64,000 nucleotides of DNA from Psammoneis japonica. Lineage: Eukaryota. Below the pieces are notes generated by a model that was given only the letters and a program-made list of their open reading frames with translations, ran no database searches and was not told the origin of the DNA. The position numbers were made by a program, and so were the translations under genes. Location of the stretch: assembly GCA_008632985.1 (NCBI GenBank), contig QPGO01000083.1, positions 99,075 to 163,074 on the forward strand. Direction: 5' to 3'. Shown piece after piece: positions 13,201 to 26,329 of this stretch; the stretch's first letter is position 1; the number at the start of each line of letters is the position of its first letter.

Positions 13201-16200
13201 TGTTTTGGCAATGTGCCTTCAATTGTCCACTTCACCTGTCTTTCATTCCAGCTGCAGGCAGTTTAGCCACAGGCAATCCAACCCTCATCAAACCAAGTGT
13301 GAGCTGCATCCAAAAAATGAGTGTGCTCCTGCAAAAATTGGCAACACACTGTTTTGATCCGGGAGTGGTCATGCAAGGTGCATGTGTGTGTGGAGATTTG
13401 TGTGCATGCACTGCATGTCTTGTGAGTGAACTTGTTCTTTTCTGACTCTTCCCACTTTGCCTGTTTTGTTCAAACAGCTGTTCAAGGTGGCATGGAGAAA
13501 ACAGAGGCACTCCTGGAAAAGGAGTGGGGGGAACCATTTTGGTGCAAGCACAACTGTGCAGGTGTGCAAAAGTGACAGAATTGCACTGCATGTCATTTTC
13601 ATTCTTGCCAACTCTGCCACATTCTCTCCTTCTTCTCTTGTGTGCTGAACGGAGCACACAATGAGAAGGAGAATTCCACCCAGGTTGTCACCATGCAGCA
13701 ACCACAACATCCAGAAGAAATGGACAACAAATTGCCATCAGCCCTTGCAACAATTGTTGCACAAAATGCAGTCTCTGCTTTTTTCCCTGACACTCCACAA
13801 GATCTCTGGCACCACTGTCTGTGAAACTTCCAGGCCAGAAACACAATCCTTTTGGCAGCTTTTCTTGTTGGAACAGTGCAGAGCCATCAACAGTGGTGTT
13901 TTGTTCAATGTGGAATGAGCCAACACCAAACAGATGTTTGGAAAGAGGAGGGGAAGTGGCTTGGGGTGACTTCATTTCCCATCCAACCAGTTGTTCTTCA
14001 AGCCATGGCAGAATTGTCCATTCAAAGATTGCTGGCATCAACCAAGCAGTGGCTGGGATCAAATCAATCTGCTGCCAAGCCTGGCACAAGCCTTCTCACT
14101 GAACTTTATCACATTGGAAAATGTGGGATTTTGTCCCAGACAGCCTTCTCATTTGTAAGGTGTGGTGGCAGTGGACACCTTGGAGGTGATGCAACAACAA
14201 AACTTTCTTTCATTGCCTTGCATTTTGGGATGCTTTCAGAGTTCTTGATGATGGCTGCAAATGAAAAGGCTGCATGCTTTCATCCCATTGATGTTGTGGT
14301 GCATTGCTGAGGCCAGCCAACTCAACACCTCCTCTTTGTTGGCCAGAAAGTCTCAGGGCTTGTGCAAGTCAAGAAGCAGTGTTCAAACAAAATGCAATGT
14401 GGCTGCTTTGATGATGCCATGACTGCATGGCACAGCTCTGGATCTGCAGTCACCAGAGAGATCTAGTTGACTCAGCACCTCCTCTTTTGACAGGTGTTTT
14501 GGTTGCAACAACCATTCTCATGCCTGCCTCTAAGAGCCCCAACATGGCAAAGGTCCCTCCAACAATTGCTGTTGGTGCTGAGGCAATGCATTTGCAAAGC
14601 TTGCATGACTTCAGCTTGCAGGACATGGCAATGGGACTCAGATCAATGATGGGCTCAGCTTGGAGGACAATGTCATTAGAGCAGCACAACAACTCCATTG
14701 ACTGCAACACCTGACACATGCCTTGAGACCTGCTCCAACAGCGCGACTTTGCACCCGAGCCATTCTCCATCATGGCTGTGACTGTGCAGAATTGTCAAAA
14801 TCACCCAAGCATGCTCAAAGTTGGTGGTGGCAAAATGGACACAAAATGAATGTCCAAAGGCACCATCAAATGGATGCTCATTGACAAGATGAGATCAGAG
14901 CTGTTGCATGGCATGAGCTGGCTTGGGGGTTTGTGAAGCCACTGGCTGAGAGATGCCAGCAAACACATGTCATGAAGGCAAAGATGTGGTGGTGGTGAGG
15001 ACACATTGATTTTGCTCACAACTTGGCTGCAAAAGAAAGTCCTTGCATTTTGACCTTGATGGATGATGAGCGTTGCTGGGCAGAAATGCAAGTGCCATCT
15101 CTGGCCCATTTGGCGGAAGCAACAACATTGGAAATTGAGCCTGACAGTCAAAGCTTGCATGTCCATGAGATGAGTGGCAACAAGTGTTCAGTCAAAAGTC
15201 CTTCACAAAACCACCAGTGACCAAATTGTGAGCTGCCCAGACTGAATCTGCTGAGTGCACCAAACAGAGGTTCATCCACAGACTGTGCCAGAGACTGGCG
15301 CAAGCTTCAGGGTTGACCACTTTCACAACGATCATCCAAGCACTGCTGAACCAATCTGTGTTTGGTCTGACATCTGTGCAACACCTGTGATCCTCAAAGC
15401 AACCAGCTTGAGATTCATGTCGATGTGGCGCAAAAAGAACTTCAACCAGAATTCGGACCGACAGAAGTGCAGACACACAAGAGAATTTGGGGGTCGTTGG
15501 ACAGATGATGCACAACTCTCCCTCTCATTCACAGATTCCATCAACCAACAAAGAAATCACAAATGAGAAAGCTTGCACAATTGGTGCAAGTTCAGAGCGA
15601 AGCTCTTGCATCTTGACCAAGCCACAACATGCAACAAAGTCTGCCAGCAATTTTGTCACCACCAGCGCCAGGACCGGCACTTTCTCACCGTTGAATTGGC
15701 ATCTCCTTCAAGTCTGCAAGCCCGCCATTTGAATTGATCTAGAATGCTTGTCAACTCAGTGCAGGCAGTTTCACATGAGTTTAATCTTGAGTGCTTCGTG
15801 CTGAATGCACCTTGATCCACTTTTGGGTCTCCACCCAGCTGCTCTGTCCTGGATTTTTGGGCAGAAGTCAATGTCTTCGAATGTCAACAAGCTCTTCACG
15901 CAACAGCAGGTCCTCTTTCATGAAGTAAGAGCCTTACTTTTGTCTTTTTGCGTTTCATCGGTCAATGTTTACTTCGTCTTTGATGCTGTCATCTTGGTCA
16001 TGCTCAAAGAGGAGTCGTGCGTCCAGATGTGTAAGTTTCCGCGTGTGTGCATGCACGACCGACCCCGCGCGCGTTGCGTTGTGCACCACGCTAGTAGAGC
16101 ACGCTGCGACCCCGCGCGCGTTTTTTTATCCGCGTTCATCCACGTGCATCGTTCTTGCTCCAATCAAGCATGCTTCGGTGATGCGAACACAAAACAAAAA

Positions 16201-16264
16201 AGAGCCCCTCTTTTGTCCAGCATCTCTCTCTCTCTCTCTCTCTCTAAAAGCGTTTCCCACCACG

Positions 16265-19200
16265 ATGAACCACTTCAACGACAACGAGGATGATGAAATG
16301 TGCGACAGGCATGGTGTTCGCTGCAGTGCCGGGAGCGGCGACTTGAAAGAGGACAATGAAAAGGAGAATCAACTGGAAGAAGTGCAAGAAACAATTCCGA
16401 TGGGGGAATCCGTCGCTTCTTCTCATAAGAAAAAGAAGAAGAAAAAGAAGAAGCGAAAAAGTGCTCATCACCACCGTCAAGAGCATCAGCAACCAGAGGA
16501 AGATGTGGTGGTTAACAAACAAAAACAAGAACAAGAAGAACTCGTTGCTGCGGATGATGCTGACGAGGACACCGCTGCCATGATTGCCCCAAACTCGACA
16601 TCCGATAATGCAGGTGCAGATGCTGCTGGTGCCTTTGCCATCAGTCAAGGAGGAGGGGCGGTGCGAAGAGGAAGGAATGCCGATTCCAATGTTTCACTCT
16701 TGTCAGTGCTTGAAACAAGACGTTCCAATGATTCGATGCCTGCTGCTGCCGAGGAGTCAACTCGTACGGACAATGATGCTCCACTCGTCGAAGCTCAATT
16801 GGCACCAGAAACGGAGGATGTCGTAGCGCTTCGGCAACGAGTAGATCATCTTGAAGCAGGAATTATCCAGGCACAAGTTGTGCAGGAGAATATCTCAGAG
16901 GAGCTTCATTACAAGCGCCTTCGCAAACAACACATTATTCTGGGCGCTGTAGTTTTGGCCATCGTTGCAGCGATTGTCGGGATTGCAGTTGGCGTATCTT
17001 CTGGTGGTGGCAGTGGTGGCAGCCAAAGCATCGTTGAGCCAGGCGCTACTCCGTCCACAAAAGAAGCTTCCGGATTGGTAATGAGTTTAGTTGGGATCAC
17101 TACACAGTTTGATCAAGAAGATTCTGACTTGTGGGCCACCGCCACCAAGGCATTTGTCGAGGATTATTACAATACTCGTCGCCGTGGCCTAATCGGTCTC
17201 TTGATTCGGAATTTGCAAGTGTCAAGTGTACAAGATGTCGAGACAACGCTGCAAGTTACCAACACTTTTGCGGTTCAAGATGGCAACGGTGGAGATCCCT
17301 TCCTTCAAATCATGTACAACCAAGCCATCACATACACTCTTGACAGTGGCAGCCAAGATGTTTCCATGGAAACAATGGCGACCGAGCCATTCAATACATC
17401 TGCAAAAAGGCTGGCCTATGTGACCGACCTTCAGTCGGCAGCTGAAAATGCCGGAAGCGATATTTTCGACGATTTGGTTGGTACTAGTGAAGTGTTACCA
17501 AATACAGGTAATCCAACACGGTCACCTACAAAAAATGGTTTCACTACAGAACCACCAACACAAGATCCGGCGTCGCCTCCGTCTACTCTGGGTCAAACGC
17601 TCAATCCAACAGCAGCGCCAACGAGGAACCCTACTCCTACAAACAATGTTTCTTCTACAGAACTACCAACACAAGATCCAGCGTCGCCACCGTCGACTCT
17701 GGGTCCAACTTTAACAGCAGCTCCAACAAGGAACCCTGCTCCTACAAGCAATGCTCCCGTTACAGAACTGCCAACGCAAGGTCCCGCATTGCCACTGTCA
17801 ACTCCAGGTCCAACAACCCACAATCCAACAGCGTTGCCAATGAGTAACCCTACTCCAAGTCCAACACTTAATTCATCGCCTCTTCCAACTCTGAATCCAT
17901 CCTTTCATCCAACTCTCAATCCAACTGCACTGCAAACGAGGAACCCTACTCCTTCTCCATCTCTCAATCCAACGTCATTACCTACGAGGAACCCTACTCC
18001 TTCTCCATCTCTCAATCCAACGTCATTACCAACGAGGAACCCTACTCCTCGCCCAACTCTCAAACCTGCGGCATTGCCAACGAGGAACCCTACTCTTGGT
18101 CCAACTCTCAGTGAAACGGCATTGCCAACGAGGAACCCTACGCCTCCTCCAACTCTCAAACCGACGCTCAATCCAACTCTACGCCCCACTCCAACACCGC
18201 CAGATGGGATGTGGAATCCAGTTGGTCGAGTATTGCATGGAAACGGTGCGGATGATTATTTGGGCGATTCCATCTCCTTGTCCCGCAATGGTAATGTCAT
18301 GGCTATTGAGCAGATCAAGACACTTCTTCTTTTGGTTCTGGTTATGTTGTTGTCCAACGATACAATCCAAGTACCCAACAATGGCTACAAATGGGCCAAC
18401 AATTGGTCGGACAAGCACCTGGTGACAGTTTCGGCGATTCCGTTTCGTTAAATGGCGACGGCACAATTCTTGCTGTCGGAGCGGATGAGAATGGCAGTGG
18501 TGAAGATGTTTCCGGTCGTGTACAAGCGTTTGAATTCAGCTCTGGTGGTTGGTTCCCGCTCGGAAGCGCCGTTCAAGGACAATCCGTTGGCGCTCGTTTT
18601 GGTTACGCCGTGTCACTTTCGGATGCGGGTGAAATTCTTGCTGTGGGAGCGCAAGGTGAGCACACGGCAAATGGTGAATGGACTGGATCCGTTCGATTGT
18701 TTCAGTACGACCGCGGTACATGGAATCAACTTGGACAGACACTGATTGGCCAGGCCGCTGAAGATTTGTTTGGCGCTTCTGTTTCTTTGAGTCAATCGGG
18801 AACCATTGTTGGCATTGGAGCGCGTTGGAATGATTTGGGTGGAGATCGTGCTGGTCAAGTAAAGGTGTTTGAATACAATTCCGCATCATCAAAATGGGAA
18901 CCGTTGGGCAGTCCAATCAATGGACAAGTTTATGGTGGGTCATTTGGACGTTCAGTGTCTCTTGACGACAGCGGCTTGATCATGGCTGTGGGTGCCGAAG
19001 GAAGCGAGAGAGTCTTTGTTTATGCCTACGACCGATCGACTTTTACATGGAATCAACGTGGCCAAATTCCACCCACCCAACAGCCTGGAGATGGTTTTGG
19101 TCGGTCAGTATCGTTGAATGGAAATGGAAAAGTCTTAGCTGTGGGAAGTAATTTTCATGACGTCAATGGATTGCTTGACTCAGGCCAAGTTCGAATCTTT

Positions 19201-19392
19201 CAATATGACACCACCACAAACAAATGGAAGCAAGTTGGTGATCCTTTAAGTGGTGAGGATGCAGATGATCGTTTTGGATATTCAGTGTCATTGTCGACAG
19301 ACGGAACCATCGTTGGAGTTGGTGCTCCTTGGAGGGACGTCAATGGCGATCAGTCGGGATCCGCATACGCATTCACGCTAAACAACAAGTAG
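16265..19392 (+). CDS. Single-pass membrane protein with PT-rich stalk and C-terminal FG-GAP (integrin-alpha-like) beta-propeller; 1-nt frameshift near 18308
   Basis: ATG at 16265. TM segment IILGAVVLAIVAAIVGIAVGV, PTRNPT repeats, and repeated (D)xFGxSVSLxxxGxxLAVGA motifs. Adding one G (ATT GAG -> ATT GGA G) joins the two ORFs as VMAIGADQDTSSFGSGYVVVQRY. Confidence 0.85.
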
Positions 19393-19949
19393 ATGTGTAT
19401 ATTTCGTATTTCATACCTTTGTGTCAATGCTACGAATTTGGAATGGTAGCTCTCTATAAAACGTGTAGGATTTGTCCTGGAACTTCTGTAGAATTCGATA
19501 AGGACACAATTTCCATTTTGACAAGGACAGTAGAAAGCTACGGTTCATTTTGGCACAAATTTGATAAGGACGCCCCGAGGAGGAATCCTCTTGATTCCCT
19601 CCATTCAACGAGCAACGAGCGCCGCGATGAGAAAAACAACACAACATCAACAACCATGAGGCTCAACCGATGCTCGATTTTGCCGCCGGACCTTTTCCTG
19701 CCAAAAGTGCTAATGCGTGACATGCCACATTTTCCTCTGATGAGTGTGTCAATGAAAAGAGAGGTGAGAGAAACCCAAAAAAAATGGACAAAAAACCCTT
19801 CCTTGGTTTTGCTGCCATTTTCACTCGATTCTCACTCGATTATCACAACTTGCGCAGCAACAACCAACACTCTATTTTGCCGCCGAACCTTTCCCACCAA
19901 AAATGCACAAGGCGTTTGAGCAGTGAGCAAGGCAGTGTGGAGCAGGCGG

Positions 19950-21710
19950 CATTGCCTTTGGTGGAATTGTTGACACTTCAAGGTTGTTGACATTGTGGTG
20001 TTGGCTGAACAAGCGCAAGCTTGTCCAGTCACCTTTGTTGCTTGCCGCAAGGTGGCAGCATTGGCAGCACAGTCTGCACACTCATCAGCACCATTTGTGT
20101 CTGGTGTTGAAATGGTTGCTTTTGATTGAATTGTTGGCTCATCAAGGCAGGCGGAGTTGCAGCAGCAAGGCAGTTGGCATGGGAGTCGGTGGTGCTGGAG
20201 TGGCCAGCGGGTCCCACACTCTCTTCATGTCCATTTTGCTTTTCTTCATTTGTGACTGATTCTCCATGGCTTGAGTGGAGGTGTCCATGTTCATGTTGGG
20301 TCTGGATGCAACACTGCTTTTCTTGACGGCTTTGTTGATGCCTTCCGTGGGAGTCCCAGCACACTCGTCACGGTGCCTCACACATGATGACGCAAATGAA
20401 ACAGGCAATTTTTCTCACAGGGCTTGATGTGATTGATGACCCAATTGTGCACTTTTTGTGCCACAGCCTTGCCCAATGCAGCAAGCACTTCCCATTTTTT
20501 TTAGCAGAGGGAAAACAATCACTTGCAAACTTGGTGTTGCAATTTCACATCACAAGCGGGCTTGACCCAACTGCACGCCCATTGTTGCATGAGGTGAACA
20601 ACCACCTTTTGTCTTTGCATTCTTTTAAGGTCAAGCCTGCATGGTCAAATGACTTTGTGATGAGATGCCAATGACAACGGACTGCTCAAATTGAATTCGG
20701 AGAAAATTGTCTGGCAAGGCAGAGTCGATTTGCGTGTGCTCTTGGGGGTTTCTGTCACTCCTGATGATGACATTCACCTGTTTCAGCACATTCTTGCCCA
20801 ACAAACTTGGCATCACCTCTTGAAAAATCCAGCAATGAGTCCATGTGCATTTATTTGGGAAATGAACACAAAGGATGATGAACACCTTCCTTTCAGCATT
20901 CTTGCCACAAACCAACAAAAGCGGCTGCCCCTCTTTGTTGGTGTTGTGAGTGGCATCGACAGTCACAATGTCTGGACTCCTGAGGAATTCATGCTGTTCA
21001 CAGTCAAAGCACCAAGTGGTGGTAAGGAGCAATTGCTGGCTGGGCTTTGCTTGAGAAGTTTCTTGGTTGGTGCCATCACACTTTGTTGCACCCGGCTGGC
21101 ATGGACCAAAATGCACCAATTTAGATTCAACTGCCTGCCCTGTTGCCACATTTGACTCAATGAAGCCATGCACATGTAGATCGTTTTCCACATCATCAGA
21201 TTCATCATCATCAGATTCATCCACACTGGACCTTCTGGACAAGTTGGGGACATCGTCATCAGCATCAGCACTGCAGTCATTGCCAGTGGGTTCCACATTG
21301 ACAGCAAGATCATTTCTGATCTCCAACAGCGGATGACAACTGCCTTTTGGAGGATGGCCCTTGCAATGCTTCATGAACCAAGAATTGATGGAGTGACACA
21401 AGGCTGTGAAGGACAGCAATTGATGCCTGTTGCACAAACACCTGAGCAACTTGTTGGAGGAGGAAGATGTGCTTGCAGAGACAGATGACTGCAGTCTTGA
21501 CCAAGCATGCTGCACCCAAGATTGGGCAACTGTTTCACCTGTCATGTGGTTTGTGAAACAATGAACAACTCCAGATCTGTCCACTGGGTGCTGCACTGCC
21601 AGTCTTAAAAAGGTGCTTCTTTGTCTCTTTGGAAAGCTGGGATGACAGGAACCTGGTTGCATGTTTCCCACTGCATGGGTGCACATGAGAAGTGTGGGCA
21701 CCACAATCAT
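19950..21710 (-). pseudogene. Degenerate MULE (Mutator-like) transposase
   Basis: SPDIVTVDATHNTNKEGQPLLLVCGKN..KVFIIL...WIFQEVMPSLLG...VIIRSD matches the MULE DDE core (DxTxxTN..PL). Downstream RHRDECAGTPTEGINK. Multiple disruptions; TA/CG depleted. Confidence 0.75.
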
Positions 21711-22249
21711 GACTGCACAACAAGTGGAACCACCTGTCTTCCAGATTGCAGCACTTGTGGAACTTGATTGTGAAGTGAAAATGACAACAGCTCTCTTTGC
21801 AGATTGGCAGAGTCATTGTGACACACCTGCAATCGCTTTGTGCTGCATGACGTGGCTGTTCTTCTTGTCATTGTGCACTCACTGATGACACAAGTCAACG
21901 ATGTTTGACAGCTCAGAAACAGCTCATTGCTGAACTCTTTTTTGTTCTTCAATGGCTTTGATTTGGAGCACTTTAGCTTGTGCACTTGTGACAACAGCAC
22001 TCAAAAATGCTGTGACCCTGGTCTGTGACTGGCTTGCAACACTCATTGGGTGTGGCATTTTGCACATCACATTTTAAGAGGAAACAGCTTTTGTCATTTG
22101 GAGGATGCTTCTGAGGGCAAATCTTAACAAGGGCACTGGCTTGGGTCTTGTCAAGGTGAGGCATTGTGTCAACCTTTGATTCAGAGAGAGCACTTCCCAG
22201 GCCAACTGTGGCACCATCCATGCAGAGCTTTTGGGGCCATTGATGATGG

Positions 22250-24420
22250 CAACTCCCACGATGATGACATCAATGCCACCAACATGATGTCACAGCAAGA
22301 CGTTGGTCACTTCGCCACCCTCACCTTGCAGGTTCAAACCCACTGTCTGAGTGCCTTCAAGAATGGAAGTGCAGCAAGGTTTTGGCCACAGAAGACAACA
22401 CTGACCCACAATCCTTCCACCAGCTTCTCCAAGAGTGGAGCATGCAAGTGCCATGCATGTGGAGTGCCTGTTCTGTGACACATGGTTTTCACTGGAAAAT
22501 GCCACCACCCAAGACCTCCCAAGGCAGTTTGAGCTCACCTGCATGCAGAGCACAAAGACACAGACCTCCAATTTCTCCCACAAGACTTTTTCTCCCAGGG
22601 CAATCTCCACTCTTGCTGCTTGTGCAACTCCCCAGCTAACACCTTTGCTTGTGCCCGGAGACCTCCACAATCACCTTGCCCACCACAACCATGACCACCC
22701 TGATGCCAATTCAACCCTTGTGGCCACACACCTGCCCCACAGCACTGCTTGGCCAACAGCACTTCAGTGGCTCACTGTGCTCAAAGTGACACCCCCACCT
22801 TTCTGCACCTCCATTTGCACAAGCTCTCCCTGTCTGCACACCACCATGAGCTGTTCATCACTTTGCACAATGTCCTCACCTGCATCATCATTGCATCCAC
22901 CAAACCGCTTCACTTTGGCCCACATGATCCTGCTCCACCCCATGAGTGCACATCCACCCCTTTCTGGAAACTGCCACTTCTCCTTGAAGCACTGTCTGCT
23001 TCCTCCTCCATTGCCTCCACTTGCCCCAAACTTTTCCAACAATGCCACACCCACCAACTCTGTGATGCCACATGCACCGTCTCCTCCCACCATGCTGCCG
23101 CTGTCCCTGGCACCTGATTTCTCCACATCCACCTGCTGCAACACAGCCCAAGCAAACACCACTAACACTGACAACTTTGGCACTGCTTGTTGCCACGTTC
23201 CCTCCAACCTCCCCGTCACCACCATCAATGACAACCGACTCTCTCTCATCCATGCACCACATCCACCCCATGCCCTCTGGCCACCTTGAGATCCTGCTCC
23301 CCACACACAATGCTCCCCTCCCCTGCCATCCCCACCCCACGCCTCTGACAATGAGCTCTTGGCAGCTCTCAGCAAATGCAAAAAACAGTGATGCTGCCGG
23401 CCTGTGTGCTCATTCCACCAACCTCCTCAAAGCATGCGCCCTCTTCAAAACTGCTGCTCCAGCCAAGACTCACCTTTGCCCACACCTCTGCACCTTCAAG
23501 AGGAGTTCATGCTCCTTCTCCAAACCAACTCCATCCCATCTCCAACATTCAACCCTTGATTGCCACCAACTGCTTTGTTGCCCCAGACAAAGATCCCACC
23601 AACCTTGACAAACTCAGCCCCATTGGCTGTGGTGCTGCAGTCTGCCGCATTGCCGGCACCCTCACTGTGACCACCCATGCACCTGCTCTCACCAAATGCC
23701 TGCTCCCAGATGGCCAATTTGGCATTGGCATCAAAGGTGGCCTTGACTGCCTTGTGCATGATGCCACCCATGCTTTCCTCACCCTTGACCTTGCCAACTT
23801 CTTTGACAAGTGCTCTCATGGTGCATGTCAAGAGCTCCTCAACAACACACCCACCTTCCACCACCTCATCCCCATCTTTGACCTCTGCTGCAACACCCCC
23901 AACACATGCTGGCACTGTGACCCCAACAGCTGCTAGCAATCCTTCCCTCAACCAGAAGGCTTCTCCCAAGGATGTCCACTTGCTCCTGCCTTTGCTGCTC
24001 TCATCCTCAGTGTTGTTCTCAAACAACTTAACACCAAGCTCTGCCAACAGCTGCCCTCCCCCAATGTCACTTCTGCTGCCTCCCTCATTGACAACACAAG
24101 CACCTGGCTTCCATGCACCAAACTGCTGTGGTTCCCACAATGCCTTGAAGAGCTGGGCCCACAACACAGCATTCATCTCAACCGCTCCAAGACCAACATG
24201 CTCACTTCCATCTCTGGCACCAGCCCTCTGTCTGACTTGCTCCCTGCAAGTGCCACTGCCCTCTTCCAAACTCTCTCCTTCCTCAACCCCACCAATGACT
24301 CCACCCTCCACCCCAAAATTGCTGCTGGCACCTTTGCTTCCTTGGCCAACCCATTGGCAGCCCTGACTTCTCCCACACCCACCCCAACCCCTGCAGCAAC
24401 CACAATTTCTGCTGCTGTTC
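22250..24420 (+). pseudogene. Degenerate non-LTR retrotransposon reverse transcriptase (CRE/Ambal-like)
   Basis: KDPTNLDKLSPIGCG..CRIAG...QFGIGIKGG...LDLANFFD..S..., followed by QPEGFSQGCPLAP in another frame: RT motifs (RPI, DxxNxFN, QGxPL) with Y>C/H changes. Confidence 0.75.
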
Positions 24421-24769
24421 CCTTTGACACAAAACTGTCATGTCCAACGCCATCTGAAACAGCCGCTTTGCCACATTTCAAAACCTTGCCCCCCTCTGGC
24501 ATTGGCCATTTACAAAAATGTCAGAGGGGAATGCATGACTTGTGCCACAGACTGCCATTTCAATCATTCATTGTTCCATCATTTGAAGCTGCCCTTGAAC
24601 CTGCGCAGCCCAAACAGACTGCGAGTGATGTAGTTTAGAGTTGGGGTGTTTCAACCATTCATTGTTCCATTGTTTGAAACAACCCTTGAACCTGCGCAGC
24701 CCAAACAGACTGAGAGCCAAAGGATTGTTGGTAAAAATGGTCTGCAATGCAGAGCTGTTTACAAAAATG

Positions 24770-25980
24770 TTCTTTTTGGGGGGAATGCATGACTTGTGCC
24801 ACATGCTTCCTTGGCATGCAGCACCTCCACAGCAATTTGGGTTAGACAAAATTGTGCAAGCCATCTAAAATGGCAGGCAGGTTGAGTCAATCTTGCCCCA
24901 GCATCCATTGCAACCTTGACAGTTTGCTTCAGAGTTGCTACAAGCATTGTCAATGCAGATGCAAAAGTTGTGCATGCAGCAACTGGATCACCATGGGTGG
25001 AGCAACAGGTGCAACAGTGGGTGCTGGTGCAGGCACAACAGTTGGTGATGGTATGGACACAACAGTGGTTTGAACTGGTGCTGGCATGGGCGCAACAGTT
25101 TGAACCGGTGCCGGTGCAGGTGCAACAGTGTTTTGAACTGGTGCTGGCACAGGTGCAACAGCAGTTTGAGCCAGTGCTGGTGCAGGTGCAACAGCAGGTT
25201 GAACCAGTGCAGGTGTGAGCTGTGGAGGGGAAGGAGTTGCAGGTGCAGTTGCAGGCTGTCCAGGCTCAAATGACTTGTGCTGCTCATTGCCTTGGCACAT
25301 TACATCTCCACAACAATTCAGGTTGGTCGCCCAAACAAGCTGTCCACAAAGGAAGGCAGGTTGGATCAATCTTGCCCCAGCATTCATTGCAACCTTGACA
25401 ATCAGCTTCAGAGTCACTGCAAGCACTGTCAATGTAAATGCAAAAGTTGTGTGTGCAGCAACTGGGTCCATCATTGGGTGGAGCAACAGGTGCAACAGTC
25501 GGTTGGATCAGAGATGGTGTGGGGCTGGGTTGAACAGGTGCAGGTGCAGGTTGGACCAGAGACAGCATGGGGCTGGGCTGAACAGGTGCAGGTTGGACTT
25601 GAGATGCCATTGGGCTGGGTTGAACAGGTGGGCCTTGTGGAACACACTTGACATCTCCTCTGAAAGCCAAGCAAGTTTGACTTTCTTGATTGGTGGTTCT
25701 CCACAGTTGCATCATGCATGATCCTGGTTGGTGAGCCACTGTCACAGCAGACCTTGATTTAACTTCTACAGTGCATGTGGCACCCATCCAGTCCCTTGCT
25801 TGGATCCAAGCTGGGATTGCCTCAATTGCCATCCATGACCCATGCTGCAGAATTGGTTCACAATGCTCCACATCTGTGGAATGATTAGAAAGTCTGGACT
25901 TGACAAATCACAATCTGCATGTTGCCCTCAACAGCAGGCATGACAAGAAGGATTGCTGTGGCAACAATTGCAAGCTTCAT
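24770..25980 (-). pseudogene. Decayed secreted protein with signal peptide, two Cys-rich modules and PV/PT-rich linkers
   Basis: The minus strand starts MKLAIVATAILLVMPAVEG. CCTHNFC..DSACSDSEADCQGCNECWGKIDPTCLPLWTAC...CCG..CQG occurs twice, with PAPAPVQ repeats. Frameshifts and stops; TA/CG depleted. Confidence 0.6.
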
Positions 25981-26329
25981 TGTCAAACACACAGTCAGCT
26001 TGATGAAGGGAAAAAACCAATTTCAGTGTTTGTCACAAGACAAATGATGTGTGTTGGATGCAACGTGCCACGTTGTGCAAAATCAGAAAGGAGTCAAGCC
26101 AACAAAATGAATCATCCAATCTCCAGCAGCACAAATCACTGTTTTTTTCCCTTTTAAATGAGTCTCTGGTCTCAGATGTGCATGGCATTGTGCAGGCAAC
26201 AACTGGACACAAATGTGCAATGACCCTTCAAGCAAGACTGCAGTTGGAGTGCAGTGCAATGGATGCATGCATGACACCACATGACGGCAATGTTGGGGAG
26301 GCACAGCAGGTTTCATCTTGCTGTCATCA

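Larger units (their letters stand above)
5150..15900. other. TpA- and CpG-depleted degenerate repeat domain
   Basis: TA is almost absent, CG is rare and TG/CA are in excess. Contains tandem and inverted duplications. No credible intact ORF. Boundaries approximate. Confidence 0.85.

Noticed and set aside
15965..16264. N-terminal extension of the FG-GAP ORF
   Set aside because: Non-ATG start running through a CpG-rich, (CT)n-containing promoter/UTR-like region. The ATG at 16265 is more plausible.
18300..18320. Programmed frameshift or pseudogenisation in the FG-GAP gene (and at about 62340 in the LRR gene)
   Set aside because: Both are single-base indels in short homopolymers of otherwise clean genes. 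Long-read consensus error is the simpler explanation.
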